Origin: Candidatus Aldehydirespirator sp.
Lineage (GTDB): Bacteria > Actinomycetota > Acidimicrobiia > Acidimicrobiales > Aldehydirespiratoraceae
Assembly: GCA_965220645.1 (NCBI GenBank)
Contig: OZ244836.1
Location: 660,075 to 724,074, forward strand
Length of the DNA stretch: 64,000 nucleotides
Direction of reading: 5' to 3'
Below are positions 1 through 9,842 of this stretch, in pieces (the stretch's first letter is position 1; each line of letters begins with the position of its first letter). A program made the position numbers and the translations under genes. The notes under the pieces were generated by a model, which saw nothing but the letters and a program-made list of their open reading frames with translations, was not told the DNA's origin and ran no database searches.

Positions 1-157
1 ACCGCCCTCGACGAGGTCCGCCGCAGAGTCCAGAACCAGACCCTGGGACATCGAGGCCACGCCCACGACCCCCTCTACCGGGCCCGCAAGCTGCTCATCG
101 CCGCGCACGAACGCGTCACCGAATCAGGCGACGCCCGCCTGCGCGGCCTGCTCGCGG
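1..157 (+). pseudogene. ISL3-family transposase internal fragment, interrupted by IS3 element 1
   Basis: Frame 1 reads TALDEVRRRVQNQTLGHRGHAHDPLYRARKLL, nearly identical to the ISL3 transposase at 51692-52984; similarity stops at the IS3 IR. Confidence 0.85.
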
Positions 158-177
158 CGCTTCCCCCCGTTGACCGG

Positions 178-283
178 TCAGGTGGTTAAGGCGGGCTGGT
201 TGCCCGCGGTGTGACGGTAGTGGTGTTCGTAGTCGTCGGGGGTCTGGTTGCCCAAGCTGGTGTGGAGCCGGTGGGTGTTGTAG
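178..283 (-). pseudogene. IS3-1 OrfB C-terminal piece
   Basis: Reads YNTHRLHTSLGNQTPDDYE...TT*, the typical IS3 OrfB tail. Confidence 0.85.
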
Positions 284-313
284 TTATGCGGGTGATCGGG
301 TCAAGTGGAGATG

Positions 314-2146
314 TCATGAGGCTTCCTCGTCGAGTCGGTGGAGGAGGCCGTCGAAGATCTTCTGGCGACCGATCTGGCCCTTGTCGGCGGCGTCGTCGCG
401 TTGGCGGCGCAGCGTTGGTTTGAACTCGATGGTGGTGACGAAGAAGTTGCAGGACTCGCAGATCGATTCGAAGTGGCAGTCCATCTCGACGGGTCGGGCG
501 CAGTAGCCGTTGCCGAGCATGCGCCGGTGCATCTCGGCACGGAGTTTGCGCATCTCGTTGCCTTCGTCGCTGGCGGGGAGCTGGTGGGGTTGGTCGTAGA
601 GGGCCTCGACCTTGTCGGTGACGGCGAAGTACTCGTCAGCGACGGTCTTGTCGGCGATGCGGGCGTAGACCATGGTCATGGCCAAGGTCTTGTGGCCGAG
701 CAGGGCGGCGATGGCCTCGAGGCTCATGCCCCGGTTGATGGCCTGGGTGGCGAGCGTGTGGCGGAGCTGGTGTGGGGTGACATGGCCGATGCCGGCGTTG
801 TTGGCGATCCGGGCGAGAGCGTTGGCGACGCGGAGCTTGGTGATGGGCCGTCCGCGTTCGAGTAGGAGCCGGTCGCTGCGCAGGCCGCTGGGGCGATGGT
901 TGTCGATCCAGGCGTCGAGCAGGGTCTTGAGGTCGGGGTGCAGCGGGATGTAGCGGTCGTTGTGGAGCTTGCCGACCGGGATCCGAAGCCAGAACGCGGA
1001 GCCGATCTGCACGACGGCGTCGACGGTGAGGCCGATCAGTTCGCTGAGACGGATGCCGGTGCGGGCGAGAATCTCGACGCAGAGCCTGGCGAGCGGGTCG
1101 GGTTCGGCTCGGGTCGCTCGGGCGAGCTTGGCTGCTGCGGCGTCGTCGAGGAACCGGGGCAGGGGTCGGTCGATGCGGGGCAGGTCGCCGGCGAACAGCA
1201 GCGGCTTGGTCGGCGCGTTCGGGTAGCCCCAGTTCGTGGTGCGTTCGAAGAAGCAGCCGAGATTGATCAGCTGTTCCTTGACCGACGTGCGCGCCAGCGG
1301 TTTGGCGGTGCGGGCGCTCGGGGTGGTCGAGATCCAGATCTTGAAGTCCTCGATGTGGCCGCGTTCGAGCTCCGCGCAGGAGCGGATCTCGCGATGGTGG
1401 CCGGCCAGCCAGGTCCCGAAGACACGCAGGTGCTGTTCGATGTGCTTGACCGTCGACGGGCGCAAGCTCAGGCGGACCTGCTCGATGTAGCGGTGTGCGT
1501 TGTCGCGGTAGAGCTGCGGGATCGGGTCCCAGCCCGAGACGGTGACCGAGGGCTTCGATGCTGGTCGGGCAAGCGAGTCGATCTTGCCGGCGTGGAACAA
1601 GGTCAGCTGCAGCCGGTGCAGGACCGCCCGCACGTTGCGCCCCGCCTCGGGCCGGCCCCGACGCTTGTAGGCCTCGGCGATTTGGGCCCGGGCCGCGACG
1701 AACGCGTCGGTGTCGACGCAATCGGGGCGGCATCGGGACATGGCGGCGATCTTGCACACAGCGTTCCATTGCGACGCTGTGTCCTGGGCGGTCGCGTCGA
1801 GCCTGCGGGTCGCGGAGACGAACCATTCATGCACCTCGGGGAGGTGCTTTCGGGCGGTGAGCCCGATCCGTAGATCGGCGAAGGCCAAGAACTCGGCGGT
1901 GGCGGTGAGCCGGCCAGTCACCAGCTGCCAAGCCACGAACGGTCGGGCCCGGCGCATCCACTCGAGCTGCGTGTCGAGGTTCACCCGCTCCCAGCCGCCC
2001 GCACCTTCGATGCGGCCCTGGAAGGTGCGAGCCGCGCGCAGCGTGGAATCCCACGCCTTGAGCCCGACGGTCTCGAGTGCCGCCGCGAACGCGTCGAGGC
2101 CGTCGATCGACTCGTCGGTGAGCACCAGCGCTGCGGGCATCACCAC
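314..2146 (-). CDS. Large tyrosine recombinase (TnpB-of-Tn554-like) with C-terminal Cys4 motif, element A
   Basis: TGIRLSE, GK, HQLRH, LGH, TMVY catalytic motifs; GYCARPVEMDCHFESICESC tail. Confidence 0.9.
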   Translation of the reverse strand: MVMPAALVLTDESIDGLDAFAAALETVGLKAWDSTLRAARTFQGRIEGAGGWERVNLDTQLEWMRRARPFVAWQLVTGRLTATAEFLAFADLRIGLTARKHLPEVHEWFVSATRRLDATAQDTASQWNAVCKIAAMSRCRPDCVDTDAFVAARAQIAEAYKRRGRPEAGRNVRAVLHRLQLTLFHAGKIDSLARPASKPSVTVSGWDPIPQLYRDNAHRYIEQVRLSLRPSTVKHIEQHLRVFGTWLAGHHREIRSCAELERGHIEDFKIWISTTPSARTAKPLARTSVKEQLINLGCFFERTTNWGYPNAPTKPLLFAGDLPRIDRPLPRFLDDAAAAKLARATRAEPDPLARLCVEILARTGIRLSELIGLTVDAVVQIGSAFWLRIPVGKLHNDRYIPLHPDLKTLLDAWIDNHRPSGLRSDRLLLERGRPITKLRVANALARIANNAGIGHVTPHQLRHTLATQAINRGMSLEAIAALLGHKTLAMTMVYARIADKTVADEYFAVTDKVEALYDQPHQLPASDEGNEMRKLRAEMHRRMLGNGYCARPVEMDCHFESICESCNFFVTTIEFKPTLRRQRDDAADKGQIGRQKIFDGLLHRLDEEAS

Positions 2147-3177
2147 TCCCCGAACACCTCGGCGTCGATGGCTTCGGTCGCCCGGCGATACTCACCGGCG
2201 AGCCAATCGTTGGCCAAATGCAGGTAGATCCGTGTCGACTCGATCGATCGATGCCCGGCCTGGGCCTGGATCGCCTCGAGCGCCATGCCCGCCTCCCGCA
2301 GCCGGGTGAAACACGTGTGCCGCAACTGGTGACAGGTCAACGCCTCGATCCCGGCCCGGCGGCGGGCGCCGGCCACGATCTCGTCGAGCCCCGCAGCGCT
2401 CAGCGGCCGGCCCCGGCGAGGGCCCTTGAGCACAACGAAGATCCGATCGGTGTCGGCCTCCTCGGGCCGTTCGTCGCACAGATAGGCCGCCAACGCGTCG
2501 AAGAACCGCGACGAGACCGGCACGACCCGCTGGTGACCGCCCTTGCCGTCGGCGATGAACACCCGTCGCTCCCCGGCGTTGATGTCTTCGAACCGCAGCC
2601 CAAGAACCTCACAACGACGCAAGCCTCCCAACAGCATCGCGTCGACCATCGCCCGGTCCCGATGCTTGCGAAGCGCGCCGGTGAACGCATCGACCTCGGC
2701 CGGGTCGACCACCCGCGGGAGCATCCGAGGGGTCCTGATCAACGGCACGCCACGCACCGCCCGCTGGCCACCTCGACGCGATGCCAACCCCTTCGGCACC
2801 GGATTCGATGCCACGTCACCACGCACGATCAGATAGTCATAGAGCCCCGCGAGGGTGGCCAACCGACGCTTGATCGTCCGTGCTGACAGACCCGACTCGC
2901 CATCCTCGATCCGGACCACGTTCCCCGCCACGCGGGGCTGACGCTGCACCGAGATGAACTTCAACACATCGACGGCGACGACATCGACAGGGTCCGCGTC
3001 AACGATCGAGAAGAACACCTTCAGGTCATAGGCCTGGGCCAGCAGCGTGTTCCACCGCGCACGCGCCGCCACCAACTCCAGATACGCATCAACAAGCGGA
3101 TGCCCGAGCCGGATCAGCTCGCGGCCAGCGCCGTCCTCGAACCGGTCAAACGATGGACCGAACGCCACCTCACCCAT
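2140..3177 (-). CDS. Small tyrosine recombinase (TnpA-of-Tn554-like), element A
   Basis: GLRRCE, GKGG, HQLRH, AGH, TRIY motifs; overlaps the downstream recombinase. Confidence 0.9.
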   Translation of the reverse strand: MGEVAFGPSFDRFEDGAGRELIRLGHPLVDAYLELVAARARWNTLLAQAYDLKVFFSIVDADPVDVVAVDVLKFISVQRQPRVAGNVVRIEDGESGLSARTIKRRLATLAGLYDYLIVRGDVASNPVPKGLASRRGGQRAVRGVPLIRTPRMLPRVVDPAEVDAFTGALRKHRDRAMVDAMLLGGLRRCEVLGLRFEDINAGERRVFIADGKGGHQRVVPVSSRFFDALAAYLCDERPEEADTDRIFVVLKGPRRGRPLSAAGLDEIVAGARRRAGIEALTCHQLRHTCFTRLREAGMALEAIQAQAGHRSIESTRIYLHLANDWLAGEYRRATEAIDAEVFGEW

Positions 3178-3225
3178 CGTCGCAGCACTCCTGGGCCCCG
3201 TGGTGGATCACCCGCATATCGTGAC

Positions 3226-3344
3226 CCGATCAGCCATTCGAAGATCGACCGGCGCGCTGCGGCGCGGTCGGGGTAGCTGTGGCGGTGGACGAGCTCTCGT
3301 TTGAGCGTCGAGAAGAACGCCTCGGCCACGGCATTGTCTGCTGA
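3226..3344 (-). pseudogene. IS3-1 OrfB middle piece carrying the catalytic E
   Basis: SADNAVAEAFFSTLKRELVHRHSYPDRAAARRSIFEWLI. Confidence 0.9.
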
Positions 3345-3397
3345 TTATCCGGCCAATCGCGGTCGGGGGTGAAGCGAGGTGTCGTGGGCCCGGTCGG

Positions 3398-3706
3398 TCA
3401 GATGGCTTTGCGGCGGGGTTGGCGGCGTTCGATGTGGCGGAGCCGTTCTTCTTGGTTTCGGACTCGGTCGGCGAGGGCTTCGAGCCCGGTGCGGAGGTGG
3501 GCGATTTGGGTGGCGAGTCCGGTGAGGGTGTGGGGGTCGTGGCTGTGGCTGCGGTGTTCTTCGACGACGGCTCGGAGCTGCGGGTTGCGGTAGAGGGTGG
3601 TGCGGCTGATGCCGGCGTGGTCGGCGACGGCGGTGAAGGTGATTGCTTGGCCGTTGTGGGCGAGGCGGGCGCAGGCGGCTTCGACGGCTTCGATGTTGGT
3701 GTTCAT
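3398..3706 (-). CDS. TnpC-like (DUF6262-like) HTH/coiled-coil protein, 102 aa
   Basis: MNTNIEAVEAAC...ITFTAVADHAGISRTTLY; ATGA overlap with the upstream recombinase; this is the real tail of the 729-aa track ORF. Confidence 0.8.
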   Translation of the reverse strand: MNTNIEAVEAACARLAHNGQAITFTAVADHAGISRTTLYRNPQLRAVVEEHRSHSHDPHTLTGLATQIAHLRTGLEALADRVRNQEERLRHIERRQPRRKAI

Positions 3707-5673
3707 GCGGTGTCGGCGATGAGTGTGTCGAGGCGGTCGAGGAGGCGTCGGTGCCGGTCGGCTTCGTCGATCCAGCCGCGTGTTTGGGCGTCGGCGATGA
3801 GTGCTTGGGTGTCGACGCGCTGCGCGGCTAGCACGGCAATGGAGGCGGCGTCGGTGCGGAAGCTGGGGCAGTGCTCGCAGATGTTGGCGTAGGGGCAGGC
3901 TCCCTGGGCGGGGGCGCGTAGGCAGTGGCCTCCGGCGAGGCGCGCTTTGATGGCCGGCGCGTCGCGCCAGTCGTCGCCGGAGGTGCAGCCGTTGGCGCGG
4001 CCGTCGTTGGCGGTGACGGGGATCGATGGCCGGCCCGTCGGTGTAGGCATGGCGCCGATGCGGCCTTTGGCGAGGTCGAGGGCGCGTTCGTATTCGGCGC
4101 GGACGGTGGAGTCGAAGAGGTGCGCGTAGCGCAGGCTCATCTCGGCTGAGACGTGGCCGAGGAGGGCCATGAGCGCTTGCAGCGAGACGCCGGCGTTGAC
4201 TAGGGCGGTGGCGTAGGTGTGGCGGAGCTGGTGGGGGGTGACGTGACCGATCCCGGCAGTGTTGGCGCTGCGGGCCAGTTCGGTGCGCACCGCGGTTTGG
4301 GAGAGTCGTCGTCCGTGGTGGGTGAACAGGAACTGGGTCGGCCGGCCGGTGCGGGGGTGTGGCAGCGGTTTGCCGGTCGATCGTGTGGCGGTGATCCGGT
4401 CGATGAGGGCGACGGTCTCGTCGTCGAGGGGGACCATGCGCTCGGTGTCGAGCTTGCCGAGCGGGACCTTGAGCCAGGCGCCGTGGCCGCCGATCTCGTG
4501 GACGCAGTCCAACTCGAGGTCGAGGAGCTCTCCGATGCGCAGCCCGACGGCCCGGGCCAACAGCAGGGCGTCGGCGGCGAGCCGGTAGGTGGAGGCTTCG
4601 AGCGCTTCGGTGAGGCGCCGGTCGGCGTCCACGGGCAGATAGCGGGGCAATGGCCGCGGTTGGCGGGGATGGTCGGACCGGAAGACCAGCTTGCGGGCGG
4701 GGGCGTCTTCCCAGCCCCACTCGGTGATCTCTGCGAGCATGTGGCCCACAGCGCGGATGCGGCGGTCCTGGTCGGCGACGGTGATCGCCTGCCCGGTCTT
4801 CGATGACACTGCGCTCGCGACGGAGTTCAGGTAGGGCTCGATGTGGCGTTGGCGGTCCAGCGCGGCGAGCGACTCGAGTTCGGGGTCGTGCTCGGCGAGG
4901 AACCGGCCGAAGCAGGCGAGGCGGGTGGCGAGGCTCGAGACGGTCTTGGGTCGACAGGTGCCGCGCTTGCGTTCGAGGTAGGCGGCCATGGCGGAGCGCA
5001 GGTTCGGGCGGCAGTCGGCCAGGCGGGCCTCGAAGCTGTCCGGCTGCTGTGGGGGCTCGGGTGGTTGGGCGACGATGTCGAGGTGGAACAGCACCGTGTG
5101 GGCGCACACGAGCGCGGTCCTGTAGTGCCGCCAGCCCTGCCCGGTCGCAGCCTCGCGTGCCCGGCACGCGTCGGCCAGGGCCTCCAGGTCGCCGATGGCC
5201 AACTGCTCCAGTGGGCGTCCGGTCTGGATCAACAGCCGGCCGACCGACTGCGACGCGGCCCGTTTCGCCTGAATCTCGCTGAACCCGACCGCTGCCGCCG
5301 TGTCGCAGAACCGGCCCATGTCGGCCTCGAGCGGCGAGTCGCAGATCTCGCGCCAGAAGCTCGAGAGCTTGCGTGACACCAGCCAGTCCCAGCCCGGCTG
5401 CAGCCACCTGTGGGCCATCAAGAACATCAGCAGCGACATCGTCGAGGGCGCCAGCACCAGCCGGGCGCCGAGGGGTTGGTCGGCCCAGGCCTGCGGGTTG
5501 GGCCAGCGGTCCAGGAACGTCCGGGCCGCCAAGTCCGAGGCCGGGTTCCCTCGGCCGGTGGCGCGCTGGCGGTCCCGCCACGCCCACAGCAGCTGGCCCG
5601 GTGCTGGGACCGGTGACGGTTCAGGTGTTGGCGCGTTGGCGGCGGCGGGCAGCATCGAACTCGGCCTTGACAT
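3703..5673 (-). CDS. Large tyrosine recombinase with Cys4 tail, element B1
   Basis: GLRIGE, LGK, HQLRH, LGH, SLRY; GHCLRAPAQGACPYANICEHC; start uncertain. Confidence 0.9.
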   Translation of the reverse strand: MSRPSSMLPAAANAPTPEPSPVPAPGQLLWAWRDRQRATGRGNPASDLAARTFLDRWPNPQAWADQPLGARLVLAPSTMSLLMFLMAHRWLQPGWDWLVSRKLSSFWREICDSPLEADMGRFCDTAAAVGFSEIQAKRAASQSVGRLLIQTGRPLEQLAIGDLEALADACRAREAATGQGWRHYRTALVCAHTVLFHLDIVAQPPEPPQQPDSFEARLADCRPNLRSAMAAYLERKRGTCRPKTVSSLATRLACFGRFLAEHDPELESLAALDRQRHIEPYLNSVASAVSSKTGQAITVADQDRRIRAVGHMLAEITEWGWEDAPARKLVFRSDHPRQPRPLPRYLPVDADRRLTEALEASTYRLAADALLLARAVGLRIGELLDLELDCVHEIGGHGAWLKVPLGKLDTERMVPLDDETVALIDRITATRSTGKPLPHPRTGRPTQFLFTHHGRRLSQTAVRTELARSANTAGIGHVTPHQLRHTYATALVNAGVSLQALMALLGHVSAEMSLRYAHLFDSTVRAEYERALDLAKGRIGAMPTPTGRPSIPVTANDGRANGCTSGDDWRDAPAIKARLAGGHCLRAPAQGACPYANICEHCPSFRTDAASIAVLAAQRVDTQALIADAQTRGWIDEADRHRRLLDRLDTLIADTA

Positions 5674-6712
5674 GGGTGGGGGCCAGATGGACGTAGCGGG
5701 CGGTGGTGTCGATGTGGGCGTGGCCCAACAGGGCCTGCATCACGGCCAGGTCCACACCGGCCTCGGCCAAAGCGGTGCCGAAGGTGTGGCGCAAGGCGTG
5801 GGGATGCGCGGCCGTGATGCCGGTGATCTCGCGGTGATAGCGGAAGATCCGCCGCAGCCCCGCCGCGGTGAGCGGCTGCCCGCGGGTGGGGCCCTTGGCC
5901 ACGACGAACAGCCTGGCGCTGGTCGTCTCGGGGCGCTCGGCGAGCAGGTAGGTCCCGATCACCCCGGCGACGTCCACGTCGAGGGGGACCCGGCGCTCGG
6001 TGCCGCCCTTGCCCGACACCCGCAGCCATCGGGCGCCGATGTCGGCATCGGCGACGTCGAGGGCCAACACCTCCGACGAGCGCAGCCCGCAGAACACCAT
6101 CAACCCGGCGGCGGCCCGGTCCCGCCACGTGCGCAGGCTCTCCAGCAGCGCCACGACTTCTCGGTGCTCGAGCGTCTTCGGGAGCCGCTTGGCGTCGCGG
6201 ACCCGCAACGGCGAGCGCCGCCGCGGCGCACGCGACACGTGCGCGAGCATCCCGCCGCGCTCACCCGCCGACGCCCGCCTGGCCTCGCGGCCCGCAGGCA
6301 TCGGGTTCGGCGCGTCCGGGTCGCGCATCGACCGGAACGAGAACAACCCCGACACCGCCGCCAAGCGCAAGTTGATCGTGGCCGCAGACAACGTGTCGGT
6401 CCGGCGGCCGTCGAGCCCGACCACGTTCGCACCGCCGGGCCGGCCAGCGACCCGCTCACTGCGGCACGCGGCCAAGAACCGCAACAACACATCCGTCGTG
6501 ACCTCGCCCAGATCCAAGTCCTCGTCGCCGAGCCAGCGGCAGAACGCCAACAGCCCGAACCCATAGGTGCGTATCGTGCGAGGCGAGTAGTTCCGGTCAA
6601 CCAGATACGACAGGTAGTCGTTCACCAACCCGAACCGACCGGCGCCGGCGCCGGCGAGCTGCCAGCCAACCCCAGTCCGCTCAAGGAACAACCCACCATC
6701 CGGCACGGCCAC
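5621..6712 (-). CDS. Small tyrosine recombinase, element B1
   Basis: GLRSSE, GKGG, HALRH, LGH, TARY. Confidence 0.9.
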   Translation of the reverse strand: MAVPDGGLFLERTGVGWQLAGAGAGRFGLVNDYLSYLVDRNYSPRTIRTYGFGLLAFCRWLGDEDLDLGEVTTDVLLRFLAACRSERVAGRPGGANVVGLDGRRTDTLSAATINLRLAAVSGLFSFRSMRDPDAPNPMPAGREARRASAGERGGMLAHVSRAPRRRSPLRVRDAKRLPKTLEHREVVALLESLRTWRDRAAAGLMVFCGLRSSEVLALDVADADIGARWLRVSGKGGTERRVPLDVDVAGVIGTYLLAERPETTSARLFVVAKGPTRGQPLTAAGLRRIFRYHREITGITAAHPHALRHTFGTALAEAGVDLAVMQALLGHAHIDTTARYVHLAPTHVKAEFDAARRRQRANT

Positions 6713-6808
6713 ATATGTAACGCCCAGCGAACCCTAAGGCAAGCATTTCCCAGTACCAACAGCCAATCAGGAAGCAAGCACCAGATCCGATTGGCCGGTT
6801 AACAGGCA

Positions 6809-7489
6809 GGACCCGACCCGGCCGGCTGACTGGTTCATGCCCCATGACCTCACGCTGTTCTTGAACGCCTTGGCCTGGTAGTTGCTGCCGCGATCGGAAT
6901 GGAACACGATGCCTGCGGTGCGGCCCCCGCGGGCCGCGCCAGCCATGTCGAGGGCGTCTTGGGCCAAGCGGGTGTCGATGCGGTCGCTCATCTGGTAGCC
7001 GAGCAGCCGGCGGCTGCCCAAGTCGAGCACGACCGCGAGGTACAGCCAGCCCTCGCCGGTGCGGATGTAGGTGATGTCTGACACCCACGCCCGATCGGGG
7101 GTCCCCGGAGCGAAGTCCCGTCCCAGCAGGTCCGGGAGTGTCACAGCCGTGCGGGCTGGGATGGTGGTGCGCTTGGGCCGCCGGCGGCGGATCCCCGCTA
7201 TCTGGTGGACTCTCATGAGCCGCTCGACGCGTTTGCGGTTCACCACACGCCCTGCGGCGCGCAGCTGCGCGGTCACCCTCGGCGACCCATAAGCGCCACC
7301 CGAGCCGGCATGCGCCCGGCGGATCGCCCCGAGGAGGTCCGCCTCGGCGAGATCACGCTCGCTGGGACCCGCGGCGTGCCTGGCGCGCCAGTCATAGAAC
7401 GCCTGACGGCTCACTCGGGCTGCCTCACAGCACAGCGTGGTCGGGAATCCCTCGGCCCTTCGGGCAGCCACCCACCGGAAACGGGTCAC
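6809..7489 (-). pseudogene. IS3-1 OrfB N-terminal part
   Basis: YGSPRV, WVSDITYI, FHSDRGSNY, ending at SAGRVGS. Confidence 0.9.
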
Positions 7490-7502
7490 TGTCCCAACTC
7501 CC

Positions 7503-7817
7503 TCACCCAAAAGCCGTCGCTCGTTTGAGCAACTCACGCTCCTGGCGCAGCCGAAAGTTCCCCCGGCGCAGCTCGGCCAGCTCGGCCCGCTCGCTGGTCG
7601 TCACTCCCTCGCGCTCGCCGCGGTCGATGCGCGCCTGGCGCACCCAATTGCCCAGGTTCGTCGCCCCGATCCCCAAACTGCGCGCCACCGACGCAACCGA
7701 ACGGCCCTCATCGAGCACCAACGACACCGCATCAGCCTTGAACTCAGCCGTGAACGATCTTCGCGACCGGCCCGGCGGCAACACCGGCCCAGCACGCTGC
7801 CTTTCCATAGTTGACAT
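7503..7817 (-). CDS. IS3-1 OrfA (HTH)
   Basis: RRSFTAEFKADAVSLV...VARSLGI...LGNWV plus leucine-zipper-like tail. Confidence 0.88.
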   Translation of the reverse strand: MSTMERQRAGPVLPPGRSRRSFTAEFKADAVSLVLDEGRSVASVARSLGIGATNLGNWVRQARIDRGEREGVTTSERAELAELRRGNFRLRQERELLKRATAFG

Positions 7818-8063
7818 GGCTACCTCCTAATCGAGGTGACCGGTCAACAGGGGGAGGCACCCCTCGGACAACTCGCCTTGGCCATCGCCGTGATCCTCAC
7901 CGTCAAGCTCTTCAAATGGGCCGACCGATGGAACCCCACGTAGCCGCCTATTTGCGCGCGCTCTTAGCAGAAAACTTCAAAAAGGGTTTTTGTTCTCGAC
8001 TGCCGGGAAGAACGGGTCGTCACCTTCTTTGACCTCAGACCACGCGGCAAGAGCGACGCCACC

Positions 8064-8819
8064 GTGTTCACCGACATGACCCTGAAGGCTCGGCAACGGC
8101 ACCCTGACCTCACCGCTGGCATGCACGGCATCGTCTATGACATGGCGCTGGCATCAGAAGACATAGACCGGCTCCTCGACGGGGGGCTCAACCCCATCTC
8201 CAAAGTGCCCAGAACCTCCAACGGACACCCGGCAGGGGCCAACCTCGGAGACCACACATTCCGACTCGCCTCCATTCCCGGCCAGCAGACCGCTATGCGG
8301 GTCTTGGCCATTGATGGCCCTCCCGTCATCGAAGCCGTGGACTCAAACGGCGTCATCCACTACGTACCCCTCGTGAGGGCACGCACCTATGTGCGCAAAC
8401 ATTCCCACCGCCGCACCTGGTACAGCGATTTCACCGTGCCCGACCACCCGCTGGTGCCTCCCCACCTCGTCGGTGCTACTACCGCCATCCGCCACAGCAG
8501 CACCACACACGAACGCCAGACCAGACCCCACAGGCGACGCACCCGAGCCCTAAGGGTCACCTCCGAGCACGACCCAGACTTTGACAAGATCTACGGCCTC
8601 CGCGAGGACTCCGAGTCCAACATCTCGACCTACAAACGGACACTCCATCACGGCCGCGCCCGCGCCGTGGGGGGCAACAGCCTTCGCCTGGACCTGCTCT
8701 CCTACCAGGGCGTCACCATGATCACCGCTCTCGTCGCGCACCACCGCCGCACCGGGGCCAGCCTCAAGGGTTGGTTCGGCAGCCGCCCACCCCCATACCG
8801 CGGCGACCCGACCGGCTGA
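8064..8819 (+). pseudogene. C-terminal half of a divergent DDE transposase-like protein
   Basis: IVYDMA (second Asp) and YGLREDSESNISTYK resembling the YREK motif; N-terminus missing. Confidence 0.5.
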
Positions 8820-9129
8820 ACGGCAGCCAGCAAGGCAAGCGCCCACCACACGCGGGCGCTCAGCAGCCAACCGGCCAAGAGGGAGCCCCCGCGCTCCCCG
8901 CACACCCCTGCAATAGGCTCACAGCGTGAACATCAACGTCAAAGCAGTCAAACCGAGCATCGCCAACTAATAGTCCACCACATAGTCTTCCAACCCCCGC
9001 CCTCGTGGGACATGCGCGAATTACAAACACCGAGGTCAGAGCCTCGGGCTCTGAGGGGTTTGGAACGGATTTCGCGAAATCCTGGAACGTTTTTGTCGCG
9101 AGCGCGCAAAACCCCAGGTCAGAGGCATG

Positions 9130-9176
9130 ATCCGGTCGCCTGACCAGCCACGACAGGATTTTGGGCATCCACACAG
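9130..9176 (+). mobile_element. Orphan end of an rve-integrase IS
   Basis: GCCTGACCAGCCACGACAGGATTTTGGGCATCCACAG matches the end at ~10637-10672. Confidence 0.6.
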
Positions 9177-9215
9177 CCGCTCGCACGCGTCAGCGGCACC
9201 GGAAGCTGTGATTCC

Positions 9216-9317
9216 ACCCCATCGGGCAGAACACCTGGCCACCACCGGGCAGTTCTGTTGGCCACGAACGGGCAGTTCTACTGTCCGCCACTGGGCAGAT
9301 CCCACTGGCCATTGACA
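9216..9317 (+). mobile_element. IS21-family terminal remnant
   Basis: Four ~23-bp degenerate repeats (GGCCACnnnnGGGCAGTTCT) ending in GGCCATTGACA. Confidence 0.7.
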
Positions 9318-9659
9318 GCATGGGACCTCAACGCAGACGGGCTGTGGCCCACGGTCAAGGCACGGCCCTCGTGGGGATTGGCTATGTGGGACTTGGGAGC
9401 CTGGTGATCTCGGACGCTCCGAAGGCTGCTGCCCCTGTCCGAAAATCTCCAACCAGACACTCTCACGCTCCCGCGTTAGGCATGCCGGGTGTGGGCAGAC
9501 TGAGTTCGGTCAACGCCTGCTCATCCTCTCAGTCAGCGGGGTAAGCAGAGGCCGGCTGGAACGCGATTCGCCGGAACTCGACCGCCGGACCGCGCGGATA
9601 CGTTCCGTTTCGCAGGCAGGGCGAGGTCGCCGCCGTTGAGTGCCGGTCGGTTGATCTAG

Positions 9660-9842
9660 CGACGCAGCATCGTGAGTTGGTGGCGCAACACGATGATCTC
9701 GAGGTCCTTCCAGCAGCCTGACCGCACAGCGAGCCGAGCGAGTGATGCCAGGAATCGGTACAAGATTCGGTACACGAGGACTCAGGATCGGCTGGCGTCG
9801 TTGCAGGTCAACGCCCGCGACCGGGTATTGGGCACCCACAGG
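9660..9842 (-). pseudogene. 5' end of an rve-integrase IS (N-terminal fragment plus terminal repeat)
   Basis: YRILYRFLASLARLAVRSG..KDLEIIVLRHQL; end motif GGCACCCACAGG. Confidence 0.65.

Larger units (their letters stand above)
284..3225 (-). mobile_element. Element A: Tn554-like two-tyrosine-recombinase element (core 284-3219 plus 6-bp coupling sequence 3220-3225)
   Basis: Terminal IR TTATGCGGGTGATC / ATATGCGGGTGATC; deleting 284-3225 restores IS3 OrfB FEWLIGYNTH. Confidence 0.85.
3345..6808 (-). mobile_element. Element B copy 1: Tn554-like tnpA/tnpB/tnpC element (core 3345-6802 plus coupling hexamer 6803-6808)
   Basis: IR TTATCCGGCCAATCG / TTAACCGGCCAATCG; repeated at offset 13580; removal restores GRVGSSADNAVAE. 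Confidence 0.92.
158..7859 (-). mobile_element. IS3-family element 1, interrupted twice (by elements A and B1)
   Basis: 23-bp terminal IRs (158-180 CGCTTCCCCCCGTTGACCGGTCA vs reverse complement of 7837-7859, 20/23 match); orfA plus orfB split into three pieces. Confidence 0.9.

Noticed and set aside
3398-5587. 729-aa ORF (and its copy at 16978-19167)
   Set aside because: Arg/Pro-rich off-frame shadow of the recombinase; only the last 102 codons look real
6713-6802. Guide RNA for the tyrosine-recombinase elements
   Set aside because: Non-coding ends of A, B and C are only ~25-95 bp and I found no convincing match to both target arms; targeting is more likely protein-encoded
5300-6802. 500-aa plus-strand ORF (and its copy at 18880-20382)
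   Set aside because: Antisense to the recombinases, no recognisable motifs
284-6808. A single RIT element or prophage integrase cluster
   Set aside because: Resolves into two separate IR-bounded elements split by an IS3 fragment; no phage genes
9216-9317. 23-bp periodic repeats as a guide or CRISPR-like mini-array
   Set aside because: Pattern and TGACA terminus fit IS21 subterminal transposase-binding repeats
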